Part shown: positions 10,101 through 18,616 of the stretch, one piece after another
How positions within the stretch are numbered: position 1 is the first letter of the stretch
Layout: each line of letters opens with the position of its first letter
Assembly (NCBI GenBank): GCA_963666275.2
Contig: CAXXOA010000001.1
Span: forward strand, 2,240,001 to 2,304,000
Source: Oceanispirochaeta sp.
Lineage (GTDB): Bacteria > Spirochaetota > Spirochaetia > DSM-2461
Reading direction: 5' to 3'
Length of the DNA stretch: 64,000 nucleotides
The notes under the pieces: model-generated
The model's database searches: none
Told to the model about the DNA's origin: nothing
Seen by the model: only the letters and a program-made list of their open reading frames with translations
Program-made: the position numbers and the translations under genes

Positions 10101-13100
10101 ATTCATCGGGAATTGATATGGAAACGCTTCTTGAGAGTCTTGAAACCCCGGAAGATCTCAGGCAGTTTTATTCAGATTTTATGAGAGACCCGGAAATTCC
10201 CCCCTCTCTATTATCTCTGGTGGAAAAATACCTGCATTCCCGTTTTGCCGGCCAGTGGGAGGCACTGCTAGCAGACTGGAGTGGTACGGAGGAAAGATGC
10301 GAAAATCTGGAAGACCTGATGGAAGGGATGGAAAGTAACCAGAGTGACGACGAAAAGCTGACTCTTCTGGAAAATAACGGATTCAGCGACGAGGTAGCGG
10401 AACTCCGCAGATACAGGCTTCTCGAGTCATGGCAGACCTTCCTCAAGAACCCGGACAGTCCTGATTTGCCTGAGGGGGAAATGTGGTTGCTGTTCCGGAA
10501 CAGTCATGAAACCGGTGAGATCGATTATGAAACCCTCACTTCTCTGGAAGTTTCCCTGGAAAACCTACCGCCACTCATACCCTATACTTCCTATGGGGGC
10601 AAATCGCTTTTTGAACATATAGAATCTCATTACGGGGACCTTGGATTCACCGGCAGGATCCGTATGATTGAGGAACTCAAGGGATTTCAGTCCGGTACAG
10701 ACGGGGTCCTCTGGTATCTGGAGCAGCAGCTCCACTCACGTTATACAGAGGCCCTGGAGAACAGGGAGTATGCGGCCTTTCTGGAACGAGTCAAATCCAT
10801 AAGAAGAGAGAGCGGCAGTGATGCCCATGAAGAGCTCTTTATGAAAGAACGGATTGGCCAGGCAGGGGATCTTTTACGAGGGGAAACCTCCCTGATTGCT
10901 CAGGAAGACTCTTTCGAAACTCTGGCGGACAGGCTCATATCCATGACAGGTTTAATGGAAAGCCGGGAAAAAGAGAGGAATCAGCTCCAGAGGGAAAAGG
11001 ATATTTTTGCCGAATCTCTCTCCCTGTATAAACAACTTATTATAGACCAGAATTTTGAGGACTTTACTAAAGCCAAATCACTCTATGGGCAGACAAAAAG
11101 TGAAATGGAAACGTTGAGAACCACCTATGGTGAATTACTGGGAGAATATCAGACAGCCCGGAACGCTGTGGAAAGCTCTTACACCCGGTACAAAAAGTTG
11201 AAACTGGACCTTCAGAAGGCCGAAGAAATTCTGGATTATGCGGGGTGCGCCTATGAATCAGTCTCCTACAGTATTGATACTCTCCGGGATCAGAGACAAC
11301 AGGCCTATGATGATTCCCTGAAGGCTCTGGAGATTCTCAAAAGCATTCAGCTGGAGGGAAAAACAGAGATAGAAGCGGATGCCCAGTGGGCTCAGGCCCT
11401 GGAGGAGTACCGGCAGAGGCTGTCTGCTTTGAATCAGATTGGATCTGCCAGGGAAAATCTTGACGAACAAATGGATTCTCTCACAGCAGCCAGGGAAAGG
11501 GCCTTTTCTCAGATGGGAGACACTCTGAAAAAGGTCTTTAATCAATACGGACAGGATTCTCTTATTATGCTCCGGGGAGAAATCCCGACACAGCCCATGT
11601 CGGACTGCACAGTGTTTTCCAATGGCAATCTGGGCTCCTATTTCGACGCAGAGAATATTCAGGAGATCTTTACCGGTGATGCCTGCCGCTGGCTGGAGAG
11701 TATAAAAAACCTGAACTCCCAGGAGGTACTGAAACTTTTCACATTCGCCTACTATCATGAGTTCGGAGGCAGGGTAAACCTTTTTTCCAACTCCCAGCAT
11801 AAGAATCTTCTGGATACAAAAGGCGATTTCTTCAGAAAAGCCTGTATCGGCTATGAGGGTGATATGAACACATATCGGAGCGGCGGGTATTCATCCCGGG
11901 AGGTGACAAGAAAAATCCATCGGCCTGACGGAAGCATTAAAAAAGTATTCATTAAGCCCGAAGTCTGGTTAAAAGAACATACAGGGTCCTATTACAACCG
12001 TGTGGTCAATGATAAAAGCCTGGTCAATCTCTACAGCTTTTTTAAAATTGTCATGCAGAAGGGATTTTTTCTGGCTGAAATGGAAGACAGTATGGCCATG
12101 GAACTTTCAGATCTGGCATGGGATTACCTGAACGATGTGGCCAAGGACGAACAGGAAGATGAAAAAAATATTTTCGGTAAACTGAACAGTCTGGGCAGGG
12201 ACATCAGGGAGAAAAGGCATGCCATCAAAAAGATAAAGAACAATGGCGGTTTTGACGGAACCGCCAAAAGACAGACTCTGCTTGATATGGGAGCAGAGAT
12301 TTCTAATCATACAAGCCTGATCCTGGGTTTTGACAGTCAAATGAAATCCCTTATGAACAGCGGTTCTGTTACAACCGCAACTCTTCTGAGAGATATAGCC
12401 CAGATCAGCGGATCCCCTCTGAAGGAGAGTTCCAGAGAATTGCTGAAACAAATTTTTCAGGAGACCGGAGATTCCTATGAAACCAACAGACAGGCTCTGC
12501 AGAAGCTCTATGGGGATCTTGAAAAAATCTGCAGCATCAGCCGGAATGCTGTTGCTGCAAGAGAGAATGAACTGTCTTCGGAAAGAACAATTCTTCTGGA
12601 GCAGATGCGGGTCTTTTCCCGGAAGGGGGATCTGGAAAAATATAAGGACCTGGCATTGAACCTTTTCGAATCCCCCTCCTATCTGGAGGGAGAGAGTCAG
12701 ATACAAAGGGGTGATCTTCTTCTTGAGACCCCTTCCTTCAGTCCAAGGGGTTTCCTGAATAATCTGAATGCCTATGGGGCCTCTCTGTCCTCGCTCTACA
12801 GAAAACGGCTTGAAATGATCAAACAGAAAACCTATCGCCAGTTGGAACTGGATGTTGAGGAGTTTCAGCAGAGAAGGAAAATCTGGCAGCAGCGCTTTCA
12901 GGAACAGATGGATGACGGCATGGCCCAATGGAAGCTCTCGACTGAGCGGATGATAGGACAGAGAGAAAAATGGCGTGAACAGTTTCTCAGGGAGTACAGA
13001 TCCAAAGACAGTCTCTGGACCATCCGGATGGAGAACTTTTACAGAAACAGAGAATCCTGGATTTATGAAACAACTCTCAATGCCTGTGAGGCCGGAGCGG

Positions 13101-16100
13101 ACTTTATGCAGGAGGAGTACGGCCTGAAGGCAGATCAGCTGATCAATCAGTCCCGGTATTTTCTGATTCCCTCCGTTGGAAATGCCCTTCCGGATGTATC
13201 GGAAATTCTCAATGATGCCATGGAAGGCATCAAAGTGGATCAGATACTCGCTTCCTTTTCCAGCCGAAACGGCAGGATCAGCAGCGGCGGCGCCCTCATC
13301 ACACCTCCTGTCTCTGTTTTTCAGCCCCGTCCCATAGACGCCAGACCTCTTCTGGAAGAACAGAGGGATCTGAAAGAAAAGTTCCGGAAATCCCTTGTCA
13401 TAACTCTGGCCTATCAGATGACGGATGCGCTGAAAGAGACAGAAACATCAGTTCAGGACTCCATAGAAGATGCCAACAGATCCACGGATAACTCAGTGGA
13501 AGACACCCTTGTGAGCAGCGGATATTACAGGAGGGGAAATACATTTTCCCGGCAGATCATTATCGATAAAAGTGTTCTGGGGGGAAATGAAACGGAAACC
13601 CAGAGAATTGAGGCGTTCAGAGACTTTCAGGCCCCCTCCTTTGATCATGGAGTGGAACTCTCGGTAAACAGCCTCAAACATCTGAGCAGTACCCTTATCC
13701 AGGCCCGTGTGGAAAAAGCACAGACCAATATGCAGCACTATCTGGATCTGATATTCGGCAGGGAAAAGGACAGAGAAGGTAATGAACTTGATATCCGTAC
13801 GGGACTGGACGAAGGATTTCTCTCCTATCTGGAAAATCAGGAGACGGCCTTCAGGAGTTCCGCCCAGTATAACGGGGGATTTACAGATGAGAACGGCAAA
13901 TGGCAGACCGAAGGAAAACATACCGAAACAGCAGGGCTCTTCTATTTCCATGTAGGCTATGCTCCCGAAATGAAAGAGAAAAAGCCCGAAGAAGTAAAAT
14001 CCGAAGGTTACGGAGAGATGGGACGCATCTTCAGAGCCTTTAAAATTCACCAGGCCCGTATGTACAGGGGATTCTCTGTGATGGATATGCCCCGGTACAA
14101 CCAGAAACTCTGGGATGATGATGCGGACAATGACGGAAGTTCTGACTCTCTTGTGGGGGCTCCCTCCATGCGAAGCCTAACTGATATTGCCATGAATATA
14201 GCCGTATCTGCCGTCCTGGGTCCGGGAGTGGGAAATCTTGTACTCACCGCCGCCCTGAACCTGGTGGATGATGCCCTTTTCACAGCCCTGGATGTGCAGA
14301 ACGGCCAGCAGAAATCCGGAAAAGCCTGGGGAGACTTCCGCCGGAAAACCGCCATGACAGCCGTTACAACAGCCTCCGGGGCCGTTTTTCAAAAACTGGA
14401 CGGCCTCACTATGATGTCAGAGGCTTCCGGCAGTATGACAGCTGAAGTGATCACTGATACAGCTATTGCCGGGACTCAAACGGCTGTAAATTCAACAGCC
14501 CTGGCAGCGATTGGTAATATTGAGGACTGGAAAAGCTTTGATACGGAGAGTTTTCAGAAGCAGGCATCACTTGAAAATAACCGGGAAGCCTATTTGAACG
14601 GAATGAGCGGCGCGGCTGTCTCCTCTTTGATCGATACCGGAGCTTTCGGATACATAAAAAGTATGAAGACCAACGCAGATAAACTGAGTCAGCTGGCGGG
14701 AGGGCTGACCTCCTCCGGGATGGAATATGCTCTGACAGGAGAGACAAAACTCAATATTGTAAATCTGAGCATGCTCGGTCTGCAGGGAAAAAGCGGTTTA
14801 GTCTCTTCCGGCCTCCTTGAACTGAATCTGGGCGGCAGCGGTTCCCTGCTCTCTATCGGCAACGGCGGGACAGACATCAGTGCGGGAACCATCGGTTCAG
14901 CTCTCAGGGGACTGGAAATCTATCAACATAACCGGGAAATACGGGAATCCGACATGGATACAAGAATGTCTCTAGCCATGAGAACACTGGTTTCATCAGA
15001 AATGGAACAGACGGAACAGCAGTACCGGGACATCCTCAATCATAAAATTGCGTTTACTTCTGTTCAGGAATCGGGTTATGATGGAAAAACCACCATGAAT
15101 GAAGACGGCAAAAAGTCCATAGAATTAAACAGCTCAGACTTAACCAGTTTTGACCTGGCAGTCCTGCTGGCCCATGAATCCTTCCGGGACGGTGTTATCA
15201 GTGACAAAGACTCACAGAACAGAGAAACCCAGGATGCCGTCCGCTCCCATATGGATGTGTCTTCCGCCATTCAGGATACCTACGGATCATCCTATCTGAG
15301 CATTGATAATAACAAGGAAGCCCGCATCTATAAAATGTACCAGAACGGCATGATTTCCAAAGAAGATTTAGGAAACTATGCACTGAAGAATTATGATTCC
15401 TCGGCGGATTATTGGAAGTTTACATCTGACGGCAACATTATTTTTGATGGAAAAAAGAATCTCTATGATGAAAATGGAAAACTTCTTGATGAATATGAAG
15501 GGAACGGAGGTTTCACGGACTCCCTTGCTGCAATGCTTGGTATTTCAAAGAAAGCTGCCAATCAAATGATGGTGAATGCGGGTTGGTCATGGGAGAATGG
15601 TACATTTAAAGCCAATGGCGTAGATGTTTTAAACAATGGAAATACAGCATTAAATACCTCAGATCAAATGAAAGCCCAGTATTTTGTCCAGAGAGATTAT
15701 GTTGATAAGTTATGGTCGACCTATGCAGGTGATATGAGAGCAATGGCAACTGCCATGCAGGAAGATCTTTTCATTGCAAGCAATGATGGAGATTTCAATT
15801 CCACTCAAAAACATATGCTCGATATGATCCCAGGATTACAATCCATGGGAAATCAATTGAAAGTAGCTCTATACGGAGATTCTAGTCATTCAGGAATGCT
15901 GGATCAGGATAGGTTTGATAATTACCACGACTCAAATGTCTCAGGTGCATTTCAGGAAATCAAAGATAATTGGAGTTATACAGATGATAATCCCATGTAT
16001 AGACTTATTGGAGATGGTAAACCCATAGATCCTATTGAAGGAGACGATTATATTACTGTTTGGTCTAGCTATGCAAATGGAAATGAACATGGTTGGAATG

Positions 16101-16444
16101 GTGGAGAAGCCGTTGATTTTGGTACTGATCGTAAAAATCATCCTCTTTTTACTACTCAGTTTGAAACTATACGTACTAATGATTTCAATTTAGGATGGGA
16201 TAAAGGTGATATAAATAAAGGTACTGGTTATACATTAAGATCTGACTCTGATTTATTTTATTTAAAATATGGACATATGCAAGCATCATCTTTTGCTTCA
16301 AGCCAATTGCAAAACTTGATAAATACTGCAAGCCAGTCAGAATTATGGCGTTTCATGTTGCCTCCTGGTTATCAGATAGGAAATATTGGAAATACAGGAC
16401 ATTCAACAGGCAAACATTTACATTGGGAATTCTATCCATATTGA
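7142..16444 (+). CDS. Giant (3100 aa) exported helical protein with C-terminal M23-like peptidase; candidate polymorphic toxin
   Basis: Signal peptide, long coiled coils, Trp-periodic repeats and a hydrophobic Gly/Ala segment. C-terminal H..AVDFG, LKYGHM and GNTGHSTGKHLHWEF are M23/LytM motifs. The 3' end is AT-rich. Confidence 0.75.
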   Translation: MRNRFISLLLVLSFLPLPVSPEQGAPSLSLPEESSWTVYDIHRSLSESLSHSDLNLLLTGMDQLEREFLYRTEGGNLLFDSKNDPLLRSSDPAEIEQDRTLYENRARAIQETLLSQWEEKAQKARTVLMTPLSQGQTALSETVERELDLFRQRIWEETDKMICYRLDRFNYFRKKDNFSLRRKSEDQTALMAAAELTERVNDETREILQILEKPLDRESGAAVSQASFSPDSWEESFDREFRKGLEKWQKAEEEILSGRIDWELELSEKYRETEAAWDRSMQIFSDTRKAWIEEMKDLYRTGLNAWDLQQEEYQEKFETMARQMEEDSIRQEEIFLSRVTESLDIYRESLQYRDSAEKNIQYYQSKIRELEDLKANSRNRIDSIETGMAAAMFAMRLNEGKLQNSQVELQDLQNTLELLQNERQEIGDDLDAVNGRIEDSEDLEEELQDLLEKQQNLRERLIEVNEQIEDTENGIVTLESDILREQRILDSYYTSYAPQLNAIALERGYIISYDIKRSDFLKEKETWESLSKEFSGQMKRAEEDLISLQAEAGAYDTSVPSSSLEQEIARMELVTEYLFHQLAVSEAVMEYASQDTSLRPRDSQTQEDYDEALSSLEEGEREYLSFQSRLDSLREDLTGLQEQILAKEKALQETLEAQTEAGKAYEMSQEIYRNSDISLLQAGISSLQDQLDAWFQGKDSAPPERQTLYTEYIHAGQADWVREKEEAARTLLRDLTGEETLMESDNITNTEDLSLLIANLENLDPRRTASAEEWENQLISCGFEQGDYEYEILQNQFGTTPFHRLSLDKALRDLIREQKQKYWNNALLEERLRQEDDPSRNLQEDLDRALNSLLLEKTELMILIGGYLKDGGEVLAPYREYISFLKDQGFRLEQDSLDGLIQLRELLNRQLAGEIGKEELLTLVSEQGGPALWLSYLNGDNSDMPPELSFLDIFPEASYDEVLRARGALFAGECIQQFNTGAEVLFNSSGIDMETLLESLETPEDLRQFYSDFMRDPEIPPSLLSLVEKYLHSRFAGQWEALLADWSGTEERCENLEDLMEGMESNQSDDEKLTLLENNGFSDEVAELRRYRLLESWQTFLKNPDSPDLPEGEMWLLFRNSHETGEIDYETLTSLEVSLENLPPLIPYTSYGGKSLFEHIESHYGDLGFTGRIRMIEELKGFQSGTDGVLWYLEQQLHSRYTEALENREYAAFLERVKSIRRESGSDAHEELFMKERIGQAGDLLRGETSLIAQEDSFETLADRLISMTGLMESREKERNQLQREKDIFAESLSLYKQLIIDQNFEDFTKAKSLYGQTKSEMETLRTTYGELLGEYQTARNAVESSYTRYKKLKLDLQKAEEILDYAGCAYESVSYSIDTLRDQRQQAYDDSLKALEILKSIQLEGKTEIEADAQWAQALEEYRQRLSALNQIGSARENLDEQMDSLTAARERAFSQMGDTLKKVFNQYGQDSLIMLRGEIPTQPMSDCTVFSNGNLGSYFDAENIQEIFTGDACRWLESIKNLNSQEVLKLFTFAYYHEFGGRVNLFSNSQHKNLLDTKGDFFRKACIGYEGDMNTYRSGGYSSREVTRKIHRPDGSIKKVFIKPEVWLKEHTGSYYNRVVNDKSLVNLYSFFKIVMQKGFFLAEMEDSMAMELSDLAWDYLNDVAKDEQEDEKNIFGKLNSLGRDIREKRHAIKKIKNNGGFDGTAKRQTLLDMGAEISNHTSLILGFDSQMKSLMNSGSVTTATLLRDIAQISGSPLKESSRELLKQIFQETGDSYETNRQALQKLYGDLEKICSISRNAVAARENELSSERTILLEQMRVFSRKGDLEKYKDLALNLFESPSYLEGESQIQRGDLLLETPSFSPRGFLNNLNAYGASLSSLYRKRLEMIKQKTYRQLELDVEEFQQRRKIWQQRFQEQMDDGMAQWKLSTERMIGQREKWREQFLREYRSKDSLWTIRMENFYRNRESWIYETTLNACEAGADFMQEEYGLKADQLINQSRYFLIPSVGNALPDVSEILNDAMEGIKVDQILASFSSRNGRISSGGALITPPVSVFQPRPIDARPLLEEQRDLKEKFRKSLVITLAYQMTDALKETETSVQDSIEDANRSTDNSVEDTLVSSGYYRRGNTFSRQIIIDKSVLGGNETETQRIEAFRDFQAPSFDHGVELSVNSLKHLSSTLIQARVEKAQTNMQHYLDLIFGREKDREGNELDIRTGLDEGFLSYLENQETAFRSSAQYNGGFTDENGKWQTEGKHTETAGLFYFHVGYAPEMKEKKPEEVKSEGYGEMGRIFRAFKIHQARMYRGFSVMDMPRYNQKLWDDDADNDGSSDSLVGAPSMRSLTDIAMNIAVSAVLGPGVGNLVLTAALNLVDDALFTALDVQNGQQKSGKAWGDFRRKTAMTAVTTASGAVFQKLDGLTMMSEASGSMTAEVITDTAIAGTQTAVNSTALAAIGNIEDWKSFDTESFQKQASLENNREAYLNGMSGAAVSSLIDTGAFGYIKSMKTNADKLSQLAGGLTSSGMEYALTGETKLNIVNLSMLGLQGKSGLVSSGLLELNLGGSGSLLSIGNGGTDISAGTIGSALRGLEIYQHNREIRESDMDTRMSLAMRTLVSSEMEQTEQQYRDILNHKIAFTSVQESGYDGKTTMNEDGKKSIELNSSDLTSFDLAVLLAHESFRDGVISDKDSQNRETQDAVRSHMDVSSAIQDTYGSSYLSIDNNKEARIYKMYQNGMISKEDLGNYALKNYDSSADYWKFTSDGNIIFDGKKNLYDENGKLLDEYEGNGGFTDSLAAMLGISKKAANQMMVNAGWSWENGTFKANGVDVLNNGNTALNTSDQMKAQYFVQRDYVDKLWSTYAGDMRAMATAMQEDLFIASNDGDFNSTQKHMLDMIPGLQSMGNQLKVALYGDSSHSGMLDQDRFDNYHDSNVSGAFQEIKDNWSYTDDNPMYRLIGDGKPIDPIEGDDYITVWSSYANGNEHGWNGGEAVDFGTDRKNHPLFTTQFETIRTNDFNLGWDKGDINKGTGYTLRSDSDLFYLKYGHMQASSFASSQLQNLINTASQSELWRFMLPPGYQIGNIGNTGHSTGKHLHWEFYPY

Positions 16445-16460
16445 TTGAGGAGGGAAGAAT

Positions 16461-16994
16461 ATGAGATTAAAAAAAGTAATTATATACAGTCTCATAGTTA
16501 TATATCTAGTTTCATGTAATAAAGCAAAAGAGGACAAAAACATAGATACAAATGATAGTATTATGATTAAAACCAACACAATAAATACTTTAAATGAAGA
16601 AGCAGATATTTTGAGTTCTGACAAAACTGATATTTCGGATTTTACGAACTTTCAGGAGTTGTTTGAAAATCTTCCTATGCCAACAAGTTTGATTGCAAAA
16701 TTTGGAGAAAAGTCATATCTTGGAACATTTTATATTGGAAAAGATGGTATTGAAGAAGCTGTATTTGAAAGCAGTGGGTATGAAATTATCATAGATTCAG
16801 TGGATATAACAGAAAAGCTATTTACTGTAAATTTTTCATTATTAGATACAGGTAATGAGGTAAAAGAAGCAACTGGAGAAGTTTTCTCTTACACTTTAAG
16901 AGTTACTCTTAGTGATTTACTTAATGCCTATAAAAACTCAGAAAATAGATTAAGAATGGAAATACAAGGTAAAAAAGTTGGAGCGAAACCATAA
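16461..16994 (+). CDS. AT-rich lipoprotein, candidate immunity protein
   Basis: Lipobox YLVS-C, strong GAGGAGG RBS, 16 nt downstream of the giant gene's stop, and the same low GC as the toxin tip. Confidence 0.65.
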   Translation: MRLKKVIIYSLIVIYLVSCNKAKEDKNIDTNDSIMIKTNTINTLNEEADILSSDKTDISDFTNFQELFENLPMPTSLIAKFGEKSYLGTFYIGKDGIEEAVFESSGYEIIIDSVDITEKLFTVNFSLLDTGNEVKEATGEVFSYTLRVTLSDLLNAYKNSENRLRMEIQGKKVGAKP

Positions 16995-17060
16995 CTATGA
17001 ATATCCTTTTGTTAGTTGATATTTTCAATTCCTATTACCGAGCAGAGCAAAACTCCATGT

Positions 17061-17202
17061 GGCCCCCAACCCCTAAAGGGTCGTCATTTGCAGGTTAATC
17101 TGAAACCTGATTAATCGACAGCAAAAAATAGAGGCTAAAAATAATAATCCTATACTGATGAAGTGCCTCCCCTTTAGGAGCCGGGGGCCTTCAACAGAGC
17201 AG
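17061..17202. repeat. ~140-bp MITE/REP-like element, copy 1
   Basis: Imperfect terminal inverted repeats GGCCCCCAACCCCTAAAGGG ... CCCTTTAGGAGCCGGGGGCC; near-identical to 17455-17594. Confidence 0.85.
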
Positions 17203-17275
17203 ACACCTCTTATCATTAGGAAAAAAATCTTAAGAGTGTTATGGTGTAGAGGATGGTTCTTTTCATAAACAATTG

Positions 17276-17299
17276 GGCTTCGGCTCCGCTCAGCCACCG
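17276..17299. repeat. Short REP-like unit A
   Basis: GGCTTCGGCTCCGCTCAGCCACCG; its reverse complement occurs, interrupted, at 17635-17682. Confidence 0.7.
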
Positions 17300-17454
17300 G
17301 GTTTTCTAATTAGTGTAATTAAGACCAAACCACTATATAAAACTTTTTCACTCTCATCCCAAAGGAAGCATGAGCTTGTTTAACTTATTCTAGCTCACCC
17401 ATAATGTCTTTTTGGAATAGATGAGCTAACCTGCCAATTTCAAAATACCGTGAA

Positions 17455-17594
17455 GCCCCCAACCCCTAAAGGGTCGTCATTTGCAGGTTAACCTGAAACC
17501 TGAATAATCAGCAGCAAAAAATAGAGGCTAAAAAAATATTCCAATACAGAAGAGGTGCCTCCCCCTTAGGGGCCGGGGGCCTTCAACAGAGCAG
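17455..17594. repeat. ~140-bp MITE/REP-like element, copy 2
   Basis: GCCCCCAACCCCTAAAGGGTCGTCATTTGCAGGTTAA ... CCCCTTAGGGGCCGGGGGCCTTCAACAGAGCAG, a direct repeat of copy 1 with scattered substitutions. Confidence 0.85.
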
Positions 17595-17634
17595 CTAATC
17601 CCTCACCAAAAAAAACACCCCTACACAGAACCAA

Positions 17635-17682
17635 CGGTGGCTGAGCGGATGGTTGCTGAGCGAAGTCGAAGTAGCCGAAGCC
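17635..17682. repeat. Short REP-like unit B (inverted relative to A) with a nested related unit
   Basis: CGGTGGCTGAGCGG[ATGGTTGCTGAGCGAAGTCGAAGT]AGCCGAAGCC. Confidence 0.7.
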
Positions 17683-17740
17683 ACGGATTTTGAAAAAAAC
17701 ACCTTAAATTGTATAGGACCTGCATTGAGCGAAATCGAAT

Positions 17741-18616
17741 CTACCGAACCCCCGCCATAGCCAGTTTCAGCGACAGATACCGGGTCTCCTCCGAGTCCGA
17801 GCGGGATGTGAGAACCACCGGGACTTTTAAACCAGCCAGGATTCCCGCATTGCGGCATCCCGGGGTCAGGGAAAAAGCTTTATACACACCATTGGCCGAA
17901 TTCAATTCCGGAAACAGCAGAATATCAGGATGACCCGCAATGGCGCTTTCTATGCCTTTCAGCTTAGCTGCTTCAGCGGAAAATGCCGCGTCCAGAGCCA
18001 TGGGGCCTTCTACCAGGGCTTCTCCCCAATCCATTGCCGCCAGAGCAGCCGCATCCATGGTACTGGGAATTTTCGAATTTTTTTTCTCTACCGGGGCAAT
18101 GCAGATCGCTTCGGGAATGGGAATCCCCAGCTTTCGTGCCATTAGAATGGCATTTTTAAGGATTTCCGTTTTCTGATTCAGATCAGGGGCAATATTGATG
18201 GCTGCATCAGTAAGAAAAAAAGGACGGGGTAGAATCGGATGGTCAAACAGGCTTATATGGCTGATAAGGCCATCCTGTAAAATCAGCTTCCTCTCTTTAT
18301 TCAGAAGAGCTTTTGTAAATACGGATGTATGAACCAGTCCTTTCATTACCACATCCGCCTCACCGGCAGATGCCATCCCGGCGGCAATAAAAGAAGCTTC
18401 TTCGTCATTTCCTGCGATTTTTATCTCTACCCCGTCCAGAGGTATTTCCAGATTATCTGCTTCCGCAGTAATTTCCTCTCTGCTGCCGATGAGAATAAAC
18501 TCACCCAGTCCCTCTCGCCTGGCTCTGTCCACAGCAAGGAGTGAATCCTTATGCCGGGCCTGAACAACAGCGATCCGGCAGGACTTTCCCGGTATGAGGA
18601 GTTCCTCAAAAGTCAC
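17741..18616 (-). CDS. ptb: Phosphate butyryl/branched-chain acyltransferase
   Basis: VMKGLVHT, TDAAINIAP, VEGPMALD and LTSRSDS; follows buk. Confidence 0.88.
   Translation of the reverse strand: MTFEELLIPGKSCRIAVVQARHKDSLLAVDRARREGLGEFILIGSREEITAEADNLEIPLDGVEIKIAGNDEEASFIAAGMASAGEADVVMKGLVHTSVFTKALLNKERKLILQDGLISHISLFDHPILPRPFFLTDAAINIAPDLNQKTEILKNAILMARKLGIPIPEAICIAPVEKKNSKIPSTMDAAALAAMDWGEALVEGPMALDAAFSAEAAKLKGIESAIAGHPDILLFPELNSANGVYKAFSLTPGCRNAGILAGLKVPVVLTSRSDSEETRYLSLKLAMAGVR

Noticed and set aside
7142..16444. Giant protein as SMC, Rhs/CDI toxin, intein-containing protein or prophage tape measure
   Set aside because: No Walker A/B, YD, FHA, VENN or Hint motifs were seen. It has a signal peptide and no phage structural genes nearby, so the tape-measure resemblance is kept only as an analogy.
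17061..17682. Repeat cluster as a CRISPR array or IS element
   Set aside because: There are only two long copies and a few short units, with no regular repeat-spacer period and no cas or transposase gene. ORFs 17073-17297 and 17595-17858 are repeat-derived.
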